Source: Candidatus Kaiserbacteria bacterium (GTDB lineage Bacteria > Patescibacteriota > Minisyncoccia > Phycocordibacterales > Phycocordibacteraceae). From it: a stretch of 63,334 nt of DNA. Position 1 is the stretch's first letter. Every line of letters begins with the position of its first letter. Below are positions 1-10,076 of this stretch, in pieces. The stretch covers positions 1 through 63,334 of the forward strand of contig CAWEXP010000002.1 in NCBI GenBank assembly GCA_963813065.1, read 5' to 3'. Below the pieces are notes generated by a model. That model was given only the letters and a program-made list of their open reading frames with translations. It did not search any database and was not told where the DNA came from. The position numbers were made by a program, and so were the translations under genes.

Positions 1-88
1 GCGGAAGGGGCGGGATTCGAACCCGCGGTTAAGTTTCCCTAACACATGCTTTCCAAGCATGCGCATTCGACCACTCTGCCACCCTTCC
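1..88 (-). tRNA. tRNA-Ser(GGA)
   Basis: Reverse complement folds as a cloverleaf: acceptor GGAAGGG/CCCTTCC, anticodon arm CATGC-TTGGAAA-GCATG, long variable arm, T-loop TTCGAAT, G73. Confidence 0.95.
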
Positions 89-89
89 A

Positions 90-738
90 TTGCTTGTCGA
101 CCGAACCAATACGCTCAGTCGAGGTACATATCTGTAGATATTTAGCGACGGCATCTTCCTTATAGAGGTAGATATCCCGTCCCTTGGTACTAATATGAGG
201 CATAATGCCAAATTCTTCAAATATCGCCGCGACTTGCCGAAGCAGTTGAGGAGAATGGCTAGTGAAGAGAGCCCAATATTTTTATACGGCTTACCGGCCA
301 CTTGGTGTTTGTGCACATAGAGACAACCGTCGGTATCTATGAGACCACGAACGCACGCTTTACGGAAAGATCGATTGGCCATAATCCATTGCGGTATCTT
401 GAGACCCTGCAGAAGTTTATTACCACGGCGAAGCCCATTGGAAACAAAAAAGTCTACAACAGCAGTACTGGTCAGTACGATGACGAGAGCTTGTTTATCT
501 TTTCGCTTATGCACCGTTGGCAGTACGGCAAACAACTCGACACAGAGATTGATAATGTGATTTTTATACTCCTTATCAGCGATGGCATTGATGGTTATGG
601 TTCTTGCCACGGATTACCAATCCCGCCATCACCCATCATGATGCCAAAAAATTCTGCGAGCCGCTCGGAGCGCGCCGGAAGCGTTACTTTTTTTCGATGG
701 CTCTTCTTAGGATACTTTAGGAGTGCAAACTCCGACAT
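90..738 (-). pseudogene. Double-motif LAGLIDADG homing endonuclease, frameshifted (about 600 and 265)
   Basis: Motif 1 LAEFFGIMMGDG (frame from ATG 738) and motif 2 CVRGLIDTDG (ORF 29..610). A third frame continues FTSHSPQLLRQV... toward the tRNA-Ser 5' end. The frameshifts may be sequencing errors; the 3' end is uncertain. Confidence 0.8.
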
Positions 739-776
739 CCTAACTATTTTAACCTAGAATTACGAACCGAGATTTG

Positions 777-1693
777 TTACGCCTTCTGTCCCAAGAGTGC
801 CGCGATGCGCGCGGGAATAGGCGGATGCGTCGAGAAAGTCGCTCGATCCAGCCCGAAGTGCCGCCCGTCTTGCCGAAGGGGTCGCCGATGAAGAGGTGTG
901 CGGTCGCGAGGTTGGCATTTTTCATAGGGACATCGTAAGTCCCTATTTTTTGCAGTGCGGAGGCGAGACCCTCGGGGTACCGCGTGAGGAGCGCGCCCGA
1001 GGCGTCGGCGAGATATTCGCGACGGCGACTGATGGCGAGCTCGATGAGTTTCGCCGCGATGGGCGCGAGGACGATGCCGACCAACGCGAGAATCATCAGG
1101 AGTGCGCCGCCGTTATCGCGGTTACTGCTCCGCCCGCCCTGGCCGGGCAGGCCAATGCCCCAGAAGGACATCCGCAAGAAAATATTCGCCGCGAGAGCGA
1201 CGAAGCCCGCAAGCACCACCGCGACCGTCATCAGGAGCATATCGCGATTCTTGATGTGCGAGAGCTCGTGCGCGATGACGCCCTCGAGCTCGGGCCGCGT
1301 CATCATCGCGAGGAGGCCGGTAGTCGCGCAGACGACCGCATGCTGTTCGTCGCGTCCCGTGGCGAAGGCGTTGGGCGCTGGGTCGTCAATTACATATAAT
1401 TTCGGCGTCGGAAGGCCTGCAGTGATTGAAAGATTCTCGGCGACGGTATAGAAGTCGAAGAATTCTTCGCGCGTCGCGGGCCGCGCTTTGTTGAGCGAGA
1501 GGACGAGCTTGTCGCTCTGCCAGTAGGCGTAGAAGTTCGTTGCAAAGGCGATGACGACCGCGATGATGAGGATTGCGGGGTCCTGGTAGTACCAGGAAAT
1601 GCCGTACCCAATCGCAATGACGACGACCAAGAACCCGAGCACCAAAGCCCAGGTCCGGCGGATATTGCTCGAACGTTCTGCGTAGAGATTCAT
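777..1693 (-). CDS. htpX: HtpX-like M48 zinc metalloprotease (C-terminal frameshift near 838)
   Basis: PNAFATG, AHELSH (HExxH), SRRREYLAD. The conserved FSTHPP tail and TAA at 777-779 are in another frame. Lies downstream of lemA. Confidence 0.9.
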
Positions 1694-1717
1694 TTACTTG
1701 TAGCGAACGGAGTCGAG

Positions 1718-2278
1718 CTAGAACGAAACCTTCACCGGTTCGGCGGCGGCAGAATCGGCGGCCGCGAGCTCGAAGAGGTCCATCGGCTTGAAACCGAAGG
1801 TGCCCGCGATGAGATTGCTCGGGAAGGATTGGGTGGAGGTGTTGAGCGCCATCACGGTGGTGTTGTAGAAACGGCGCGCCGACTGGATCTTGTCCTCGGT
1901 GTCGCCGAGTTCTTTCTGGAGCTGGAGGAAATTCTGATTCGCCTTCAGGTCCGGATACGCTTCAGACACAGCGAAGAGCGTCTTCAGAGCTCCCGTGAGC
2001 TGATTCTCGGCTTGTGCCTTGTCGGCGGGGGCGGTTGCACCCATCGCGGCGGAGCGCGCCTTGGTCACATTTTCAAACGCGGTCGATTCGTGCGCGGCAT
2101 AACCCTTAACCGTCGCGACGAGGTTCGGGATGAGGTCATAGCGGCGCTTGAGCTGGACCGCGATGTCGGCCCAGGCCTCCTTCGCGCGGTTGGTCAGCGT
2201 CACGAGGCCATTGAAAGCGAAAATAACCCAGAGAATGATAACCGCAACGACGGCGAGAACGATATAGGTGGTAGTCAT
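1718..2278 (-). CDS. lemA: LemA family protein
   Basis: N-terminal TM helix; QLKRRYDLIPNLV, EAYPDLKANQNF, ARRFYN. Confidence 0.95.
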   Translation of the reverse strand: MTTTYIVLAVVAVIILWVIFAFNGLVTLTNRAKEAWADIAVQLKRRYDLIPNLVATVKGYAAHESTAFENVTKARSAAMGATAPADKAQAENQLTGALKTLFAVSEAYPDLKANQNFLQLQKELGDTEDKIQSARRFYNTTVMALNTSTQSFPSNLIAGTFGFKPMDLFELAAADSAAAEPVKVSF

Positions 2279-2318
2279 GAGCGGATTATACCACGCAAAC
2301 AGAACGCAAGGGCGCTAT

Positions 2319-2347
2319 TTGACAATAAATAGGCCCTATGCTAGGGT
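2319..2347 (+). promoter_or_regulatory. Sigma70-type promoter for the beta-barrel-like gene
   Basis: TTGACA-17 nt-TAGGGT with an extended -10 TG, upstream of GAGGGAG RBS and ATG 2412. Confidence 0.55.
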
Positions 2348-2411
2348 ACTCTCGAAGAGTCCACCGCGAGGAATGGCCCCGCGCACTACTTCAAAAGAGG
2401 GAGTTGTTCTT

Positions 2412-3092
2412 ATGAAAAGACAATTATTGGGTTTGTTTGCGGGTGTTTCCGCATTTGCTTTGATCGCCAGCGCCGCATTGGCCGCGCCAAACGGATTCTA
2501 TGCCGGCGGCACGGCGGGCGTCTATTACGGCCACCAGGCCAGCGGCGGCACGGGCTATGCGTATGGCACGCCCGAGACCGGTTACTTCTTCGGTCCGAGC
2601 GCGAGCTACTACCAGCCCCTGAGTATCGGAGGCGTCAGCCTCATCGGCGTCGGCAAGGTCAATCTGCTTTTCGGCAATTTTGGCGCGACAGCAACGCAAA
2701 ACTTCGGATCCGAAACGGACACCAACCGCCACTCGATCGACTCGGCGGCCAGCGTTCAGCTCGGTCTGGCCAAGGAAGTCGCAGTGATCGGATTGAAATT
2801 CACTCCGGAAGTCGACGGCGGCATGAGCTTCGCTCACGTCAACGACACTTGGCGCGAAGTCTTCTCGGGCGGATCGAGCCATGGCGCAAGCAGTTCCTAC
2901 TGCTCGGGCCTTAACTGGTCGGCCGGCGCTTCGGCGGAAGTGCTCAACGGCGTTTTCGCCGGGGTACACTACGAGAGCACAACCTGCCAGTCCAGTCACT
3001 ATGTTGCGATGGGCACGAACGTCACGCCCTATTCCTATCATGGAGCGGACACGTTCAACGGCGTCAACTTCGACATCAAGATCAAAGTCTGA
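2412..3092 (+). CDS. Secreted protein resembling an 8-stranded outer-membrane beta-barrel (Omp25/OmpA-TM-like)
   Basis: Signal peptide ending ASAALA, then about eight Gly/aromatic alternating strands (FYAGGTAGVYY, GYFFGPSASYY, FTPEVDGGMSF, GLNWSAGASAEV, VFAGVHYE, NGVNFDIKIKV). Has its own promoter, RBS and terminator. Confidence 0.55.
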   Translation: MKRQLLGLFAGVSAFALIASAALAAPNGFYAGGTAGVYYGHQASGGTGYAYGTPETGYFFGPSASYYQPLSIGGVSLIGVGKVNLLFGNFGATATQNFGSETDTNRHSIDSAASVQLGLAKEVAVIGLKFTPEVDGGMSFAHVNDTWREVFSGGSSHGASSSYCSGLNWSAGASAEVLNGVFAGVHYESTTCQSSHYVAMGTNVTPYSYHGADTFNGVNFDIKIKV

Positions 3093-3110
3093 TCTACCCA
3101 ATCTCAACCT

Positions 3111-3139
3111 GGCCCCGCTTCACTGCGGGGTCTTTTTTT
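3111..3139 (+). terminator. Intrinsic terminator
   Basis: GGCCCCGC-TTCACT-GCGGGGTC followed by a T-tract. Confidence 0.75.
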
Positions 3140-3154
3140 ATATATACTGCCCGT

Positions 3155-5350
3155 ATGCATCCGAGCGACCTGATCGAAAAATACTTTCCACGATTGAAGA
3201 CCGATCAGAAGCGTGCGCTCCACAAGCTCGGCATCCGCACCCTCCGCGACCTGCTCTATCACTTTCCTTCCCGTTATGAAAATTCTGGACCGACCGGCAC
3301 GATTGCGGGCATTGCAGGGGGTGCAGAAGTAACTTTGTATGGCACCATCCGCAAGCCCGACATACGCAAGACCTGGAAGAGTCGCCGACCCATCGCCGAG
3401 GCTTGGCTCGAGGACGCCTCGGGGCGAATGAAACTCATGTGGTTCTCTCAACCCTATATCGCGAAGACGCTCCACGACGGCATGGTGGTGCGCGTCTCGG
3501 GGAAAGTAAGCGGTGAAGGCGCGAAAGCGTATCTCGCGAATCCGGAAATAGAGAGAACGGAACTGCGACCAGACGAGGTGCATGAAAATCTTTTCAATTC
3601 CAAAGTTAGGACATCGGATGTCCTAACTTCGAATGAGGGACATCCGATGTCCGGCTTGCATCCGATTTATCCGGAGAGTCGCGGCGTCTCCTCGCTCTGG
3701 ATGCAACATGCGGTGAAAAAATTGTTTGAGTCGGGCCTGCACGAGCAAATCGCCGAGCCGATTCCGCGTGAAGTGCTCGAGCGCTACCACCTGCCCTCAC
3801 TCGCGACCGCACTCGTCTGGATGCATGCACCGCTGAAGCAGAGCGACGCGACGGCGGCGCGCAAGCGATTCGCCTTCGAAGAAGTGTTCGCGCTCCAGGT
3901 CGCCTTGCAGAAGCGCCGCCGAGACCTGCAAGCCGAGCGCGCACTACCCGTGACTACCGACCGTGCGGCGCTCGCGGACTTCGTGCGTTCATTCCCCTTC
4001 CCGCCCACCGCAGCGCAGACGCGCGCCATCGACGCCATCACTACCGACTTCGAGAAGCCGCACCCAATGTTGCGACTCCTCGAAGGCGATGTGGGCTCGG
4101 GGAAAACTGCCGTCGCCGCGGCCACCGCGTATCTCGTCGCGACTTCGCGACCGCCGAACCGGATTGCCGGCACGCTCCAAGTCGCGTATCTGGTCCCGAC
4201 CGAAATTTTGGCGAAACAACATTTCTCGACCTTCGTCTCCTACTTCAAGAATCACCCCATCCCCATCGGACTCATCACGGGCAATGAGTGCCGCGTCTTC
4301 CCCTCACGCGTGCGGTACGAAGAATCGGCAAAACTCTCGAAAGCAACCTTCCGCAAGCGCGTCGCCGACGGACTCATCCCGATTGTCATCGGCACGCATG
4401 CGCTCGTCGAGAAGTCGCTCCACTTCAAACATCTCGCGTACGCGATTATCGACGAACAACATCGCTTCGGTACCGTCCATAGGCAGAAATTGGTGCGCAA
4501 GGATAATGTCGCGCCGCACCTGCTCTCGATGACGGCAACGCCCATTCCGCGCACGCTCGCGCTCACTATCTACGGCGACTTGGACTTATCGCTCCTCGAC
4601 GAGATGCCGCCGGGGCGCAAAATGGTTATCACCGAAATCGCGGGGCCAGAAAAACGTGAGGGCGCGTACACGCGCGTGCGCGAAGAGTTGGCGAAAGGTC
4701 ACCAAGCGTACGTGATCTGCCCACGCATCGACGAACCGGACCCGAAAAAAGAATTCGCTCTGCAGGCCAAGTCGGTCATCGCCGAGGCCGAGCGACTACA
4801 GTCAAAAGTGTTTCCGCGGGCGTCGGTCGGCATATTGCACAGCAAGATGACGCCCGTGGAAAAAGAGGAATCGATGAAAAGTTTTGAAAAGGGCGAGACG
4901 AACATCCTCGTCGCGACCTCAGTGGTCGAGGTGGGTGTCAACGTCCCGAACGCGACCGTCATCTTGATAGAAGGTGCCGAGCGATTTGGCCTTGCCCAGC
5001 TCCACCAGCTCCGCGGTCGCGTTATCCGCTCGACCTTCCAATCCTATTGCTTTGCACTGACCGAATCGAAGAATGAAACGACGCGCAATCGTATGAAAGC
5101 TTTCACGACCGCGAAAAACGGTTTCGAGCTCGCCGAGTACGATCTCGCGCTCCGCGGTGCCGGCGAGCTCGCGGGCGGCAAGCAATGGGGCGTCTCGGAC
5201 GTGGCGATGGAAGCGTTGAAAAATATCAAACTCGTTGAGGCCGCGCGCGCCGAAGCAAGCGCGATTATACAAAGTGATCCGACCTTGCGCGACCACCCCG
5301 TGCTCTCGGCGCGTGCCGCGGGTGCCGAAGCCGACGTGCATCCGGAATAA
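3155..5350 (+). CDS. recG: ATP-dependent DNA helicase RecG
   Basis: OB/wedge domain, RLLEGDVGSGKT, IIDEQHRFG, LSMTATPIPRTL, RFGLAQLHQLRGRV, DLALRGAGE. Confidence 0.97.
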   Translation: MHPSDLIEKYFPRLKTDQKRALHKLGIRTLRDLLYHFPSRYENSGPTGTIAGIAGGAEVTLYGTIRKPDIRKTWKSRRPIAEAWLEDASGRMKLMWFSQPYIAKTLHDGMVVRVSGKVSGEGAKAYLANPEIERTELRPDEVHENLFNSKVRTSDVLTSNEGHPMSGLHPIYPESRGVSSLWMQHAVKKLFESGLHEQIAEPIPREVLERYHLPSLATALVWMHAPLKQSDATAARKRFAFEEVFALQVALQKRRRDLQAERALPVTTDRAALADFVRSFPFPPTAAQTRAIDAITTDFEKPHPMLRLLEGDVGSGKTAVAAATAYLVATSRPPNRIAGTLQVAYLVPTEILAKQHFSTFVSYFKNHPIPIGLITGNECRVFPSRVRYEESAKLSKATFRKRVADGLIPIVIGTHALVEKSLHFKHLAYAIIDEQHRFGTVHRQKLVRKDNVAPHLLSMTATPIPRTLALTIYGDLDLSLLDEMPPGRKMVITEIAGPEKREGAYTRVREELAKGHQAYVICPRIDEPDPKKEFALQAKSVIAEAERLQSKVFPRASVGILHSKMTPVEKEESMKSFEKGETNILVATSVVEVGVNVPNATVILIEGAERFGLAQLHQLRGRVIRSTFQSYCFALTESKNETTRNRMKAFTTAKNGFELAEYDLALRGAGELAGGKQWGVSDVAMEALKNIKLVEAARAEASAIIQSDPTLRDHPVLSARAAGAEADVHPE

Positions 5351-5386
5351 AAGAAAATCCCGCGCCGTAGGGGCGCGGGGGGGTAC

Positions 5387-5725
5387 TCATTCACCTAATT
5401 CATCCAATTCGTCGGCTTCTTCCCAGGCACAGGGATTGCCCGCATTGTCGAAAATAATCCAGACAATATTTACCAATCGACACGGCAAGGAGCCCTCGCC
5501 ACATACGGTTACCAGCACGCGCAAATGCATGAGATACGCAGGCTCACCTGCGCCTGTCTGGGGATGTCGACGCCGACCAAGCCGGATCGGCTTGCCGACG
5601 AAGCTCTCCTTGCACCCGCGCTCGAAAACGACGAGCTCATCCGCGGCTTGCCACGCAACCATCTGTGGCAAAATCGGGCCACTGATCATGCCCTCGTGTC
5701 GCCTCCGTGGCGTTTCTTGAGCCAT
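5387..5725 (-). CDS. Hypothetical protein (112 aa)
   Basis: ORF with GAGGAG RBS filling the gap between the recG terminator and tRNA-Ile; no recognised motif. Confidence 0.5.
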   Translation of the reverse strand: MAQETPRRRHEGMISGPILPQMVAWQAADELVVFERGCKESFVGKPIRLGRRRHPQTGAGEPAYLMHLRVLVTVCGEGSLPCRLVNIVWIIFDNAGNPCAWEEADELDELGE

Positions 5726-5776
5726 CGGCTACTCCTCTTTTTCTATCCTGCGGAATCCTAGCACACCTTCTTCTAG

Positions 5777-5849
5777 TCCGCCCCCTTGGACTCGAACCAA
5801 GAACCGCCGAGGTATAAGCTCGGTGCTCTAACCATTGAGCTAGGGGCGG
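5777..5849 (-). tRNA. tRNA-Ile(TAT)
   Basis: Acceptor CCGCCCC/GGGGCGG, A73, C4-G69, anticodon arm CCGAG-CTTATAC-CTCGG, T-loop TTCGAGT. Confidence 0.92.
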
Positions 5850-5876
5850 AACGTTACTACTCTACACCTTTTTTTC

Positions 5877-7772
5877 TTACACTTTCAAATCGTCATCTTT
5901 CTTTTTGGGCGTGATGCCGTTCGCGATGAGCAGGTTCTCGAAATCATCGCGTTCGAGTGTCTCTTTTTCTATCAGAGCCTGCGCCACCGCTTCGAGTGCG
6001 CCGCGATGCGCGTCGAGCACCTCTGCCGCGCGCGTCTTCGCCGTGTCGATAATTTTTGAAACTTCCGCATCAATCTTGGCCGCCACGGCGTCTGAGTATG
6101 GCTCCATCCCGAGCGAACGCTCGCCGAAGGCGATTGGCCCGAGCGTGGTGCTCATTCCGTAGCTCGCCACCATATCGCGCGCGAGCGCGGTGATGACCGC
6201 GAGATCGTTGCTGGGCCCGGTGGTGACGTCGCCAAATATGGTCTCCTCCGCAACGTAGCCACCGAGCGTCGCCGCGATATCATCGAGGAATTGTTTGCGC
6301 GACTGCATCTTTTTATCTTCAAACGGCAACTTCAGCGTGTACCCCGCCGCGCGCCCGCGACTGATGATAGAAATCTTGTGCACCGGGTCGGCATATTCGA
6401 GCACCGAGGAGACGATCGCGTGCCCCGCTTCGTGATACGCGGTCAGCTCTTTCTCTTTCTTGGTGAGCAAATGTGATTTCCGTTCCGGACCCAACATGAC
6501 TTTTTCAATAGAACGAATCAAATCGAATTGTGCGACTTCTTTCCGATTCTCGCGCGCGGCGAGAATCGCGGCCTCGTTCATCAGCGAGTAGAGCTCCGCG
6601 CCAGAGAAACCGGGCGTGCGCTCGGCGACGACTGCGAGATTCACATCGGGGCCAAAGGGCTTCTTGCGCGCATGAATTTTCAAAATATCTTCGCGGTCCT
6701 TGCGGTCGGGCAGATCAATGGTTACGCGTCGGTCGAAGCGACCAGGGCGCAGGAGCGCCGGATCGAGCACGTCAGGGCGATTCGTTGCCGCCATCACCAC
6801 CACCTTCTCATGCGGCTCGAAGCCGTCCATCTCGACGAGAATCTGGTTGAGCGTCTGCTCGCGCTCGTCGTTGCCACCTCCGCCACCTGCGCCGCCGACG
6901 CCACCACGCGTGCGTCCAACCGCGTCAATCTCGTCGACGAAAATAATCGCGGGCGCCGCTTTCTTCGCGAGCTGGAAGAGGTCGCGCACCCGAGAGGCGC
7001 CCACGCCGACAAACATTTCCACAAATTCTGAACCGCTAATCGAGAAAAACGGCACGCCCGCCTCGCCCGCCACCGCGCGCGCGAGGAGCGTCTTGCCCGT
7101 GCCCGGCGCGCCCATGAGGATAATGCCTTTCGGGATGCGCGCGCCAATGTCCAAGAACTTTTTTGGATTCTTCAAGAAGTCGACAATTTCTAGCAGCTCT
7201 TCCTTCGCCTCGCGCGCGCCGGCAACATCGTTGAAGGTGACGCGCTGACTCGAATCCGCCGGATCAATCACGCGCGCTTTGGACTGGCCGAAGGTGAACG
7301 CCTGCATGCCCGCACCCTTGACCTGTCGCGAGAGGAACCAGAACAGGAGCGCGATAAACACGAGCGAGAGGATAATCGGCGAGAGCTCGAGAAACCAGAA
7401 TTGGAACGCCGACTCGCCCTGCACGGTAATCGCAACTTTCGTCAGCGCGGCGGGCGCCACACCATAGGTCGCCAGCGTCTCGGGCAATCCGGCGGCCGGG
7501 TCCTTATGCGACGTTTTCTCCGAACCGTCGGCGTAGTGCAGGTCGAGATTGTCACCACTTACCGTGATGCTCGAGACTTTGCCTGCGCTGACATCGCTCG
7601 CCACCTGCGAGAGCGGAATCGAGGCAGGCGCCGTGCCGATATTCGCGACGAGCGAGTATGCGCTCATCAAGAATAGGAAAATCAGCACCGTGACGGCGAG
7701 ATTGGAAACGAAGGAGGTGCCGCCCCACGCGGACTTCTTTTTCTTTTTGCTCGTATCCTGTTTTTTTGCCAT
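5877..7772 (-). CDS. ftsH: ATP-dependent zinc metalloprotease FtsH
   Basis: Two TM helices, [46 protein letters not shown]. Confidence 0.98.
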   Translation of the reverse strand: MAKKQDTSKKKKKSAWGGTSFVSNLAVTVLIFLFLMSAYSLVANIGTAPASIPLSQVASDVSAGKVSSITVSGDNLDLHYADGSEKTSHKDPAAGLPETLATYGVAPAALTKVAITVQGESAFQFWFLELSPIILSLVFIALLFWFLSRQVKGAGMQAFTFGQSKARVIDPADSSQRVTFNDVAGAREAKEELLEIVDFLKNPKKFLDIGARIPKGIILMGAPGTGKTLLARAVAGEAGVPFFSISGSEFVEMFVGVGASRVRDLFQLAKKAAPAIIFVDEIDAVGRTRGGVGGAGGGGGNDEREQTLNQILVEMDGFEPHEKVVVMAATNRPDVLDPALLRPGRFDRRVTIDLPDRKDREDILKIHARKKPFGPDVNLAVVAERTPGFSGAELYSLMNEAAILAARENRKEVAQFDLIRSIEKVMLGPERKSHLLTKKEKELTAYHEAGHAIVSSVLEYADPVHKISIISRGRAAGYTLKLPFEDKKMQSRKQFLDDIAATLGGYVAEETIFGDVTTGPSNDLAVITALARDMVASYGMSTTLGPIAFGERSLGMEPYSDAVAAKIDAEVSKIIDTAKTRAAEVLDAHRGALEAVAQALIEKETLERDDFENLLIANGITPKKKDDDLKV

Positions 7773-7794
7773 TTTCTCGATTATACTCGCTTGT

Positions 7795-8631
7795 ATGGCG
7801 AAAGAGAAGACGGCAATCGTGGTCTCGGGCGGCGGGATGAAATGCGCGTACAGCGGGGGCGCTTTGGTCGCACTCGCTGATAAACTCGGATTCACATCCC
7901 CCGACATCGCGGTCGCCGCGTCGGGCGGGGTCAGTAACCTTTTTTACTATCTCACCGCCCAATACGGCGATATACGCAAAGCGTGGAGTCGCTACCTTCC
8001 TTCACGTAATCTGGTCCGCTACTTCCCTTTACCGGAAATACGCGTCGATTATCTCGTCGACGAAATAATCCGCAAACAAATCCCGCTCGATACCGCGACG
8101 TTAGCAAACATCTCGACTCGGTACTGCATTCCGGTCACCGATATTGAAACAGGTCGGACGATATTCATCACGAACGAACAGTGGATTGATCCGCTCGAAC
8201 TCATCCGCGCGGCGGCGGCAATCCCACTCGTCTACGGGAGAAAAATTTGGCTCGGCGGAAAAAAATTTGTTGATGGCGATCTCACGAGCGATCCGCAAGA
8301 CCTCGTGCACAAGGCGGCACAGTTGGGCGCGACACGCATTTTACTTATTACCAACGAAAGCACGTTGTCCTCGATAACTCGCCGCGCAATGAATGCGTAT
8401 TCCTACATGAAGAACGAATCGTTCCGCACGAGTATTCAGCGCGAAGCCCAGCGACGCCATGGCACCATCCATGCGCCAAAAGGTACCGAGCTGGTTACGA
8501 TTGCGCCGACCTATCCGTTGGCCGTCTCGGTTATCTCCCGCGATCCGCGCCTCTTGATGGAAACCTTCGCCATGGGCGAGGACGACCTCATCGCCAAACG
8601 CGACGAAATTAGCCAACTTTTTTCTTTATGA
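7795..8631 (+). CDS. Patatin-like phospholipase
   Basis: VVSGGGMK glycine loop, AASGG nucleophile elbow, FVDGD; stop overlaps the smpB start. Confidence 0.8.
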   Translation: MAKEKTAIVVSGGGMKCAYSGGALVALADKLGFTSPDIAVAASGGVSNLFYYLTAQYGDIRKAWSRYLPSRNLVRYFPLPEIRVDYLVDEIIRKQIPLDTATLANISTRYCIPVTDIETGRTIFITNEQWIDPLELIRAAAAIPLVYGRKIWLGGKKFVDGDLTSDPQDLVHKAAQLGATRILLITNESTLSSITRRAMNAYSYMKNESFRTSIQREAQRRHGTIHAPKGTELVTIAPTYPLAVSVISRDPRLLMETFAMGEDDLIAKRDEISQLFSL

Positions 8632-9077
8632 ACCTCATCGAATACAAAAAGGCTCTGCTCAAATATGCACCACTCGAGAGTTTCCAAGCGGGGCTCGAGC
8701 TCACGGGCGGCGAGGTGAAATCGCTTCGCAACAAGCAAGGCTCGCTCGATGGCGCGCGCGTGGTGGTGCGCGGCGGCGAGGCGTTCCTCGTGGGGATGAC
8801 GATTCCCGCCTACCAGGTCGCCAATACGCGCAAAGACTACGACCCTGAGCGCGCCCGGCGGCTCCTGTTGAAGAAAAGCGAGATCATCCAGCTCGCTGAC
8901 GCCGAGTCCAAGAAGGGCTTGACAATAATCCCACTGGAGGTATACTCTCCTTCGGGTAATAGTAGGTATATAAAGGTGCGTATCGCCATAGTTCGTGGCA
9001 AGAATAAGGCAGATAAGCGCGAAGATTTGAAGCGCAAAGATGCCGACCGCGAACGGGAGCGATTGTTGAAACAGTAA
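8628..9077 (+). CDS. smpB: SsrA-binding protein SmpB
   Basis: AGLELTGGEVKSLR, RARRLLLKKSEI, basic tail DKREDLKRKD; tmRNA lies 0.5 kb downstream. Confidence 0.95.
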   Translation: MNLIEYKKALLKYAPLESFQAGLELTGGEVKSLRNKQGSLDGARVVVRGGEAFLVGMTIPAYQVANTRKDYDPERARRLLLKKSEIIQLADAESKKGLTIIPLEVYSPSGNSRYIKVRIAIVRGKNKADKREDLKRKDADRERERLLKQ

Positions 9078-9097
9078 CCACCACACAGGAGTACCGC

Positions 9098-9274
9098 ATG
9101 CGCGCGAATCGATTCGGACGGCCCTGGACGCCAGCAGTTGTCTCCAAAAAAGAACAGGTACGAGGAGCGGCGAAATCTGCCCTTCGTACCGAAACGGACG
9201 ACGACACGTATGACGACGAGGAGTCCCCGCTCCCATCGGAAGATGAACCGCAGGAGCTCAATTTCGAAGAATAG
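9098..9274 (+). CDS. Small 58-aa protein with basic N-half and acidic C-tail
   Basis: CAGGAG RBS then MRANRFGRPWTPAVVSKKEQVRGAAKSALRTETDDDTYDDEESPLPSEDEPQELNFEE*; below the ORF-track cutoff. Confidence 0.55.
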   Translation: MRANRFGRPWTPAVVSKKEQVRGAAKSALRTETDDDTYDDEESPLPSEDEPQELNFEE

Positions 9275-9330
9275 TATACTGGGGCAGGCTACGGCCTGCC
9301 CTTTTGTTCCCACGATCACTCACCTAAAGC

Positions 9331-9484
9331 ATGGCTTACACCATATACATACTTTACAGCCGCAGGGATTGTAAATTATATGTAGGATGTACGAGCAATA
9401 TCGAAGATCGAATACAGCGTCATCAAGAGTCTTTGGGGAGCGCGAGAAAAGAAAAAGATATTGCAAACGTATCTAAAGAGGTAA
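9331..9484 (+). pseudogene. GIY-YIG nuclease with internal deletion
   Basis: N-terminus YTIYILYSRRDCKLYVGCTSNIEDRIQRH is joined out of frame to the family C-terminus KSLWGAREKKKILQTYLKR*; the central part is missing. Confidence 0.7.
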
Positions 9485-9560
9485 GATATGAGTCTGGGCT
9501 AAAACATTTTTGTTGCAAAAATGTTCGCCCGAACATGTCTTGTTGCAAGACATGTTTTAG

Positions 9561-9963
9561 GGGGGTGACCGGCTTTGACGGTCTGTACGTTGAAATCGCG
9601 CGACGCAGTGCATGCTCGACTGCCACTCTAATCCTCTCGAGCACCAAACTTGCCAAGAACACCTTTGCAAGCGTGATGTCGCCGTACTTCGGTGCGGCTG
9701 ACTTCGCGTTCGTCTACGCGTAACCCTTACGGGTCTTCGCCTAGCGACGTCTTCCCTCTCCCGGCGCTCACAGCGCGAGGGCGGGCGGAATTATCTGTGA
9801 GATCGGCGACGAGCTTTCCGCCTCGTTTGCCTAAATAAGGAATCGGATAGGAATGGTTTCGTCGATGTTCCTCGCATCCTATCTTAAAACTAACGTCGAC
9901 TATGCGTCGTAGAAGCGCTTCAACTACCAGATTCGGACGTGGGTCCAATTCCCACCATCTCCA
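9561..9963 (+). ncRNA. ssrA: tmRNA
   Basis: 5' GGGGGTGACCGGCTTTGAC; 3' T-arm GTGGG-TCCAATT-CCCAC and CATCTCC-A with G3.U70; internal tag ORF 9652..9723. Confidence 0.93.
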
Positions 9964-9979
9964 CAACAGTAAACACCTG

Positions 9980-10005
9980 AGGCCCAAACATTGATTTGGG
10001 CCTTT
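9980..10005 (+). terminator. Terminator-like hairpin after ssrA
   Basis: AGGCCCAAA-loop-TTTGGGCCT followed by TT. Confidence 0.6.
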
Positions 10006-10076
10006 CGTGTATGGACTTGAGCGGGTTCTAATATTTCTCGTGTGGACGCAGAGGTCTCTGGAATAATTCCAAAATG

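Noticed and set aside
9331-9723. 130-aa ORF fusing GIY-YIG to the tmRNA tag
   Set aside because: It is an artefact of the deletion in the GIY-YIG pseudogene reading through into ssrA.
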